Below the pieces are notes generated by a model. It was not told the origin of the DNA, did no database searches, and worked only from the letters and a program-made list of their open reading frames with translations. Shown one piece after another: positions 58,015 to 63,731 of a stretch of 63,731 nucleotides of DNA (within the stretch, counting starts at the first letter, position 1; each line of letters starts with the position of its first letter). Origin of the DNA: Candidatus Omnitrophota bacterium (GTDB taxonomy: Bacteria; Omnitrophota; Gorgyraeia; Gygaellales; JAMWDD01). The position numbers and the translations under genes were made by a program. The stretch lies in contig JAQUNK010000005.1 in the NCBI GenBank assembly GCA_028717645.1, positions 1 through 63,731 on the forward strand, read 5' to 3'.

Positions 58015-58785
58015 ATGAAGGCCATAAAAGTTTTTTTGTTTCTATCGGTACTAGGACTTATTTCTACCTATAGCGCTTTCTCTCAAGAAAAGTTCCCTTT
58101 CTATGTCTCAGTAGTAACGCAGGGAGTCAATGTCCGCACGGATTCTACGGTAAATGCGGAAGTAATCGTCAAGTTAAATAAAGGCGAAACCGTATTGGTA
58201 GTAAAGGACTTCTATGATTGGTATAAAATAACCCTGCCTAAATCTGCCCCTTGTTATGTTTTTGCCAAATATATCAGCGCGATGAGCGAAAAAATAGGGG
58301 TAGTAAACAGCGAAAACGTGAATGCGCGGCTTAAGCCGAATACCAAAGCAGCGATCCTGGGTAAATTAAAAAAAGGCGAATCGGTCAACATAATTAGTTT
58401 CTCCGATAGCTGGTACCTGATAGAACCCACCGAAGAAACCCACGGCTGGATACATAAAAGCGTGGTGAAGGCAACGGAGTTATCCGTTGAAAAAGAAAAG
58501 ATGGTTTCCCCTGCCCCGGTTTACCAAAAGAAAGAAGAAACAAAAAACATATTGGACCTGGAAGGAACAATTTATGACAGAGGCAAGACCCTTGGTTTAT
58601 TCAGGCAGAAAATCACGCATAAATTATTTACCAATGATAATAAGTCATATCTGTTGACGGGAAATAAATATAAATTCAATATGTACGCCAACCAGAGAGT
58701 CAGAATCAAAGGATTCCTAATCACGGACCTGCCCAATCAGGAATATCCCGTAATAGAGGTCCAAGAGTTAGAAAAGTTAAATTGA
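58015..58785 (+). CDS. Secreted protein with two bacterial SH3 domains
   Basis: Signal peptide. GVNVRTDSTVNAEVIVKLNKGETVLVV...WYKI and NVNARLKPNTKAAILGKLKKGESVNII...WYLI. Confidence 0.7.
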   Translation: MKAIKVFLFLSVLGLISTYSAFSQEKFPFYVSVVTQGVNVRTDSTVNAEVIVKLNKGETVLVVKDFYDWYKITLPKSAPCYVFAKYISAMSEKIGVVNSENVNARLKPNTKAAILGKLKKGESVNIISFSDSWYLIEPTEETHGWIHKSVVKATELSVEKEKMVSPAPVYQKKEETKNILDLEGTIYDRGKTLGLFRQKITHKLFTNDNKSYLLTGNKYKFNMYANQRVRIKGFLITDLPNQEYPVIEVQELEKLN

Positions 58786-59408
58786 GCATTCCCCGGATCA
58801 TAGAACTACTCATTTCTTTTGCCATTCTCATCATTGCCATGAGCGTACACGAATTTTCCCATGGCTGGGCAGCGTATAAATTAGGGGACCCAACAGCTAA
58901 GTATTCGGGAAGATTCACCCTCAATCCGCTCGCTCACATAGACCCCGTAGGAACGATCATCCTGCCTTTATTGCTGTTCTTCTCAACAGGAGGCAGGTTC
59001 TTATTCGGCTATGCCAAGCCCGTACCGGTAAATTTTTCTGCATTGAGGAATCCTCGCCGGGACATAATCTGGGTAGGCCTGGCCGGTCCGCTTTCGAATA
59101 TAATCTTTGCGGCAATAGCCAGTATAATATTAAGGCTTGTTCCTTTGGGTCCATTTGCCAATTCAATAATGGTCCAGTTGATCGTGATAAATGCAGTATT
59201 GGCGGTATTTAATCTTATGCCCATACCGCCGCTAGACGGTTCAAGGATCCTGATGGGCCTTTTACCTCAACAATTAGCCATGCAATATGCATCTTTAGAA
59301 CCTTTTGGCTTTATCATCCTAATGCTGCTGATCTTTACCGGAACATTATGGGTATTCATCAGCCCGCTTTTGGCTCTTATGCTGAGGTTATTTGGAGTGC
59401 CATATTAA
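58782..59408 (+). CDS. Site-2 protease-family (M50-like) membrane metalloprotease
   Basis: HEFSHG (HExxH), multi-TM, NLMPIPPLDGS motif. TTG start overlapping the upstream stop. Confidence 0.75.
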   Translation: MSIPRIIELLISFAILIIAMSVHEFSHGWAAYKLGDPTAKYSGRFTLNPLAHIDPVGTIILPLLLFFSTGGRFLFGYAKPVPVNFSALRNPRRDIIWVGLAGPLSNIIFAAIASIILRLVPLGPFANSIMVQLIVINAVLAVFNLMPIPPLDGSRILMGLLPQQLAMQYASLEPFGFIILMLLIFTGTLWVFISPLLALMLRLFGVPY

Positions 59409-59409
59409 A

Positions 59410-60498
59410 ATGAAGATCATAAAAGTGAACCTGAAAGAAAAAAGCTACGATATCATTATCTCTGACGGAACGATCACAGGATCAGCGGGGATCATCAAAA
59501 AATCTGGACTGGGAAACTACGCATATATCATCACGCACCGCTCCATCAAAGATAGATACGGAAGGCTATTAGAAAAAACGCTGAAGAAAAACGGCATAGA
59601 TTTTAAATTTAAACTCCTGCCAGAAACAGAAAAAACAAAGTCTATACACACAGCAATAAGAGTAATTGAGGATATCGTAAAAACCGGTAAATCAAAAAAG
59701 ATCTTTTTAGTGGCTTTCGGCGGAGGGGTGATAGGCGACCTTACCGGATTCGTGGCTTCGATATATAAACGCGGCATACCTTATATCCAGGTGCCTACCA
59801 CACTTCTTGCCCAGGTCGATGCCAGTATCGGCGGAAAAACCGCTGTGGACCTAAAAGAGGCGAAAAACATCATCGGCGCTTTTTATCAGCCGCGCCTGGT
59901 TTTAAGCGATATTTCTTTATTACAATCGCTGGATGCCAGACAAATGCGCGCAGGGCTGGCTGAAATTATCAAATATGGGATAATAAAAGATAAGATCTTA
60001 TTCGACTTCTTAGCACAAAACAGAAAGAATATTTTGGCTAAAAATAAAAAAGCATTGGAGTTCATAATTGCACGTTCAAGCAGCATAAAAGCCAGAATCG
60101 TAGAAAAAGACGAGAAGGAAGAAAAGGGGTTGCGGACGATATTGAACTTTGGCCATACCTTTGCCCACGCCATTGAAAGTGGTTCGGGATATAGAAAATA
60201 TAACCACGGAGAAGCAGTAGCTATCGGCATGGTCTGTGCCCTGGAAATGAGCCATCGCCTAAAAATATTAGATAAGCATAAACTTGAAAAAGCAACAACG
60301 CTCATCCGGTCTTACGGACTGCCCATAAAAATAAAAGGTGTTGCCCTGAAAGATATTCTAACCCCGCTTTATTATGATAAAAAATTCATCGGCAAACGCA
60401 CGAGATTCGTCCTGGTAAAAGATATCGGCCGGGCCGTTACAAAAGAAAATATTCCTATCCCTTTAGCCAGGAGAATTATAGCAGATAGGTTTAAATAA
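59410..60498 (+). CDS. aroB: 3-dehydroquinate synthase
   Basis: GGGVIGDLTGFVAS, VPTTLLAQVDASIGGKTAVD and NFGHTFAHAIE. ATG at 59410 preferred over the track TTG at 59392. Confidence 0.9.
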   Translation: MKIIKVNLKEKSYDIIISDGTITGSAGIIKKSGLGNYAYIITHRSIKDRYGRLLEKTLKKNGIDFKFKLLPETEKTKSIHTAIRVIEDIVKTGKSKKIFLVAFGGGVIGDLTGFVASIYKRGIPYIQVPTTLLAQVDASIGGKTAVDLKEAKNIIGAFYQPRLVLSDISLLQSLDARQMRAGLAEIIKYGIIKDKILFDFLAQNRKNILAKNKKALEFIIARSSSIKARIVEKDEKEEKGLRTILNFGHTFAHAIESGSGYRKYNHGEAVAIGMVCALEMSHRLKILDKHKLEKATTLIRSYGLPIKIKGVALKDILTPLYYDKKFIGKRTRFVLVKDIGRAVTKENIPIPLARRIIADRFK

Positions 60499-60511
60499 TA
60501 CTTTTAGGCTA

Positions 60512-60540
60512 TTGATATTTAAAGTCTGATGTGCTATATT
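60512..60540 (+). promoter_or_regulatory. Putative promoter of the PilZ triad
   Basis: TTGATA (60512-17), 17 nt, TATATT (60535-40) with a TG extension (TGCTATATT). Confidence 0.45.
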
Positions 60541-60593
60541 AAAAATGGTTAAAAAACGCTGGTAAACTGAAAATCTAACGGGGGGTCCTAAAC

Positions 60594-60950
60594 ATGAAAA
60601 CGATCCCACTAGAAAAGAGGTTATTTCCCCGGATTTACACAAAATTGCCTTTTCGCTACCATGTAATCGGACAAAGGCATGTTTCAGCAGCTCGAACAAA
60701 AGACATCAGCGCCAGCGGCTTAGGTTTTGTTGCGGAAAAGTTCATTGCCCCGGCAACAAATATACGGCTGGAAATAGGAATTCCCCTAAAGACCGTAAAC
60801 CCCGTAGGGAGGGTTGTTTGGTCGCAGGCAATGGCACATAGTGACAATTACCGAATAGGCTTAGAATTCACAAAGATAAACTACAAAGAAAGGTGCGAGT
60901 TGGCTGATTTTATCGACGAGCGCTTATTCCAAATGATAAAGAAAGGATAA
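60594..60950 (+). CDS. Single-domain PilZ protein
   Basis: RLFPR (RxxxR) and DISASG (DxSxxG) c-di-GMP binding motifs. Confidence 0.8.
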   Translation: MKTIPLEKRLFPRIYTKLPFRYHVIGQRHVSAARTKDISASGLGFVAEKFIAPATNIRLEIGIPLKTVNPVGRVVWSQAMAHSDNYRIGLEFTKINYKERCELADFIDERLFQMIKKG

Positions 60951-60957
60951 AAAGAAA

Positions 60958-61248
60958 ATGGCAGAAGGTACCCCAAATCCAACAACCCCGGAAAAACCAC
61001 AGGCCGAAAAACAAACTAATTGCCTTGGCTGCGGCAAGCCACTTAAGAAATTAAAGCTTTATTATCGTAATGGCAAATATTATTGTACGAAAAAATGTTG
61101 GCGTAAAGCTATCGCAAAAATAAAAGCAGAAGAAGCGAAAAAGGCTGAAGAAGCCAAGGCAGAAGAGGCGAAAAAAGCCGAAGAGGCCCAAAAGGCAGAA
61201 GAAGCCAAGAAGGCAGAAGAGGCCAAGAAAGAAACACCCGCCGCTTAG
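60958..61248 (+). CDS. Small zinc-ribbon (TRASH/FCS-like CxxC...CxxxC) protein with KAEEAK-repeat tail
   Basis: CLGCGKPLKKLKLYYRNGKYYCTKKCW (CxxC-x17-CxxxC), followed by six AEEA[KQ]K repeats. Confidence 0.55.
   Translation: MAEGTPNPTTPEKPQAEKQTNCLGCGKPLKKLKLYYRNGKYYCTKKCWRKAIAKIKAEEAKKAEEAKAEEAKKAEEAQKAEEAKKAEEAKKETPAA
61123..61230 (+). repeat. In-frame 15/18-nt tandem repeat encoding (K)AEEAK x6
   Basis: Codon-by-codon reading gives KAEEAK KAEEAK AEEAK KAEEAQ KAEEAK KAEEAK K. Units differ at synonymous positions (gca/gct/gcc/gcg, gaa/gag). Confidence 0.8.
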
Positions 61249-61249
61249 C

Positions 61250-61594
61250 ATGACCAAGCCTATAACCAGGGAAAAGCGCAAACACCCCCGCGTAGAAAAA
61301 GACCTTCCTTTAAGTATCTGCTTAAAAGACGTTGATTTTAGCACCGCAACCAAGAATATCAGCGGTGGCGGAGCTTATTGCCATGTAGACAAATATATCA
61401 GGCCCATGACAAAGCTCTCCGTACTTATAGGGTTATCCGGAACAAAAGAAGAAATATCCTGTAAAGGTGTAGTCGTACGCACTGAAAACGCCGTACCGAC
61501 CGGCTACAATATAGCCATCTTCTTCAATGAAATAAGCAAAAGAAATGCCGATAGACTCAAACACTATATCCAGCAGCATATTTCTTATTTGTAA
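61250..61594 (+). CDS. Single-domain PilZ protein
   Basis: RKHPR (RxxxR) and NISGGG (NxSxxG). Starts 1 nt after the upstream stop. Confidence 0.8.
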   Translation: MTKPITREKRKHPRVEKDLPLSICLKDVDFSTATKNISGGGAYCHVDKYIRPMTKLSVLIGLSGTKEEISCKGVVVRTENAVPTGYNIAIFFNEISKRNADRLKHYIQQHISYL

Positions 61595-61641
61595 AACGCA
61601 ATACACTCGCCTCATCACCTCAAAACTAATAAAAACAAAAA

Positions 61642-62163
61642 ATGGGTAAGATCGCCTATCCAGAAAACGTCAAACTTATTATCGGCCTCATCACCAATAA
61701 TCCTTCAGCTTATGAAAAGGTAAAAAAAATACTCGCACGCCGCTTTGGAAAAATAGACTTTGAATCAGAAGGCTTTGAATTCGGCTTTACGGAATACTAC
61801 GAAAAAGAGATGGGAAGCGGCCTTAAAAAGTACTTTTTAAGTTTTGGAAGGCTGATTGAACCCTGCGCCATTGCAAAGATCAAAATATTTACCAACTCTA
61901 TCGAAGCAAAATTCGCTTTGCACAGTAAAAGAACAATAAATATTGACCCTGGATATCTAAGCCTCGCTAAGCTGGTGCTGGCCACTACTAAAGATTATAA
62001 CCACCGTATTTATCTCTCCCGTGGCATCTACGCAGAGGTGACCTTATCTTACACAGGTAAAACCTTCCAAAGTTATGAATGGACGTATCCCGATTATAAA
62101 ACACAAAATTATATCAATACTTTCAATAAAATAAGGGAGATCTACTACCAGCAAATAAAATGA
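61642..62163 (+). CDS. DUF4416 family protein
   Basis: FGKIDFESEGFEFGFTEYYEKEMG...INIDPGYLSLAKLVLATTKDYNHRIYL...WTYPDY. Confidence 0.6.
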   Translation: MGKIAYPENVKLIIGLITNNPSAYEKVKKILARRFGKIDFESEGFEFGFTEYYEKEMGSGLKKYFLSFGRLIEPCAIAKIKIFTNSIEAKFALHSKRTINIDPGYLSLAKLVLATTKDYNHRIYLSRGIYAEVTLSYTGKTFQSYEWTYPDYKTQNYINTFNKIREIYYQQIK

Positions 62164-63116
62164 TCCCTTCTTTTATCGGATTACATAAATCCTCACACTT
62201 GGAAAAAAAAGCTGACGAAGCCCTTGAATTGCTGAATAACTGCGAAATTTGCCCAAGGGCTTGCAAGGTCAACCGCTTGAAAGATAAGAAAGGATTCTGT
62301 AAAACCGGGTTAAAACCGGTAGTTTACAGCTGGCTGGCGCATAGGGGGGAAGAGCCGCCGATCTCAGGCTCAAAAGGTTCCGGTACCATCTTTTTTTCAA
62401 ACTGCAATATGCGCTGCGTTTATTGTCAAAATTACGAATTTAGCCAGTGTTCTGAAGGCAAAGAGGTAGAGATAGAGGAGCTGGCTGACATAATGCTTAA
62501 GCTCCAAGACAGAAAATGCCATAATATTAATTTGGTCACGCCAACCCATATCATGCCACAGATCTTAAAGGCATTAAGCATTGCTGCCTCCCGGGGGCTA
62601 GATATCCCTATAATATACAACACCTCCGGATATGAGCTACCCAGGATAATACGCCTGTTGGAAGGAATAGTGGACATCTACTTACCGGATATGCGCTATG
62701 CAAGTAGCCATGCAGCGATCAAGTATTCCCAGGCCCCTGATTACCCAAGCCTAAATCAAGAATCGGTTAAAGAAATGCATAGACAAACGGGAATAGCGCA
62801 GATAGATAGTTCGGGTATCATCGAAAAAGGCCTGATCATCAGGCACCTGGTCATGCCAAATAATATTTCCGGTACCGCGGATATTCTCAATTTTATCGCA
62901 AAAGAAATCTCAAAAGATACCTATATAAGCCTGATGAGCCAATATTTTCCCTGTTATAAGACGGGTGAGTTTGCAGAACTGGGCCGGCGCGTCACCCAGG
63001 AAGAATATGCTGAAGCAATCTCGCATATGCAAGATTGCGGCCTGCATAACGGCTGGATACAAGAATCAGGGGGGCTGGAAAGATTTGCCGGCGTAAATAT
63101 TAAGCCTAGCTCCTAA
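62160..63116 (+). CDS. Radical SAM protein, PflX-like (PFL-activase-related, COG1313-type)
   Basis: CEICPRAC...HRGEEPPISGSKGSGTIFFSNCNMRCVYCQN (CxxxCxxC). ATGA overlap with DUF4416. Confidence 0.8.
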   Translation: MIPSFIGLHKSSHLEKKADEALELLNNCEICPRACKVNRLKDKKGFCKTGLKPVVYSWLAHRGEEPPISGSKGSGTIFFSNCNMRCVYCQNYEFSQCSEGKEVEIEELADIMLKLQDRKCHNINLVTPTHIMPQILKALSIAASRGLDIPIIYNTSGYELPRIIRLLEGIVDIYLPDMRYASSHAAIKYSQAPDYPSLNQESVKEMHRQTGIAQIDSSGIIEKGLIIRHLVMPNNISGTADILNFIAKEISKDTYISLMSQYFPCYKTGEFAELGRRVTQEEYAEAISHMQDCGLHNGWIQESGGLERFAGVNIKPSS

Positions 63117-63203
63117 GCTATAAAATCGATTGATAATTACCGTGGATGATGTAAAATTAATCATTATGCTAAATAATAATCCCATTAAGGAGGTTTAAAA
63201 AAA

Positions 63204-63716
63204 ATGAAAAGGATAGCTTTTATTTCTTTGTTTGCTCTTTTTTTATTAACTCCTGTCTATTCCCAAGAAGTACCAAAAGAAAAAGAAAAGACCTGGAATG
63301 ACCTTATTCAACAAGCAAATACGCTTTCTCAGCAAAACAAGCCGCAAGAAGCTGTGGATATGGCAAAAGATGCCCTGAAAAAGGCGGAAGAAATATTTGG
63401 CGCCAATACGCGCGAAGTGGCCTTTTCCCTTAGTACGTTGGCTTATTTATACTATTCCCAGGGCAAATACGGCGAGGCTGAACCATTATGCGAGAAATCA
63501 CTGGAGATAGAAGAACAGATCCTGGGTCCCAGCCACCTGGACGTAGCGGCTGCATTAAGTAACCTTGCCGAGGTCTACGCCTCTGAAAAGAAGTATAAAG
63601 ATGCTGAGTCTCTCTATAAACGCGCCCTGACGATAATCGAAAATAAGCTGGGGCCAGATCATGCCTACGCAGGTATGATCTTGGAAAAGCTTTCTAAGCT
63701 TTATAATGAAAGCTGA
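63204..63716 (+). CDS. Secreted tetratricopeptide-repeat protein (TPR_12/KLC-like)
   Basis: Signal peptide. Repeated ...LA.LY..QGKY.EAE.L...L.I.E..LGP.H... units. Confidence 0.8.
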   Translation: MKRIAFISLFALFLLTPVYSQEVPKEKEKTWNDLIQQANTLSQQNKPQEAVDMAKDALKKAEEIFGANTREVAFSLSTLAYLYYSQGKYGEAEPLCEKSLEIEEQILGPSHLDVAAALSNLAEVYASEKKYKDAESLYKRALTIIENKLGPDHAYAGMILEKLSKLYNES

Positions 63717-63731
63717 CGCCCGGATGAAGCA

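Noticed and set aside
61123-61230. Periodic repeats considered as a CRISPR array or non-coding tandem repeat.
   Set aside because: The period is 15/18 nt, perfectly in frame within an ORF, with no spacers. It encodes (K)AEEAK units, so it is a coding low-complexity repeat.
62160-63116. The radical SAM gene considered as the missing AmmeMemoRadiSam partner of the Memo gene at 40880.
   Set aside because: It is 21 kb away and coupled to DUF4416 instead. Its HRGEEPPISG...SGTIFFSNC motif pattern matches the PflX/COG1313 type rather than what I recall for AmrS.

Overview
This 63.7 kb window is compact bacterial chromosome with short intergenic gaps and many 4-nt start/stop overlaps. I call about 85 protein genes, and all but one (cstA) lie on the + strand. 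There is also one tRNA-Gly(CCC) and one TPP riboswitch. I saw no rRNA, CRISPR array, transposase, integrase or phage genes.

Gene content is mostly housekeeping:
- 0.7-6.3 kb: an Rrf2/YezD-headed Met/Cys direct-sulfhydrylation operon (metY-cysK-metX-metW).
- 6.4-8.8 kb: pgk-tpiA-secG.
- 10-12.4 kb: an msrB-msrA fusion and a DEAD-box helicase.
- 13.7-18.0 kb: a CsoR-headed envelope/ABC operon.
- 18.0-19.1 kb: TPP riboswitch followed by thi4. Other thiamine genes are scattered: thiM at 24.4 kb and a ThiE-associated domain-thiE-thiC at 49.2-51.5 kb.
- 27.6-31 kb: glgC and pilT.
- 30.9-35.8 kb: leuD-like, icd, mdh, lpd, lipB and a free lipoyl-domain protein.
- 35.8-38.4 kb: a glycolipid-type GT28/acyltransferase/GT2 trio.
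- 42.2-47.1 kb: the widely conserved aroQ-pepP-efp-accB-accC-asp23-amaP block.
- 47.1-49.2 kb: pfk-gmhA-rfaE(II).
- 52.2-57.0 kb: a run of nucleotide phosphohydrolases behind an archaeal-type ATPase.
- 57-60.5 kb: SPOR, SH3 and M50-like envelope proteins, then aroB.
- 60.6-61.6 kb: a PilZ / zinc-ribbon / PilZ triad.
- 61.6-63.1 kb: DUF4416 plus a PflX-like radical SAM protein.

A small basic protein that I recall as PVC-associated, together with the overall gene mix, suggests an uncultivated PVC/Omnitrophota-like bacterium. That is inference only.

I found no clear-cut novel system. The best candidates for a second look are:
1. The CsoR-controlled six-gene operon, whose cargo is an OM barrel, two small periplasmic proteins and a MacB-type ABC pump rather than CopA/CopZ.
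2. The ATPase(DUF234)-YfcE-HIT-dGTPase-HD-GYP operon.
3. The lpd-lipB-stand-alone lipoyl carrier module, which has no E1/E2 in the window.
4. The PilZ-TRASH-like zinc ribbon-PilZ triad.
5. A PurF-like enzyme whose N-terminal nucleophile Cys is replaced by Ser.

All family assignments come from motif recognition by eye on the supplied translations. No HMM or BLAST searches or composition statistics were run.
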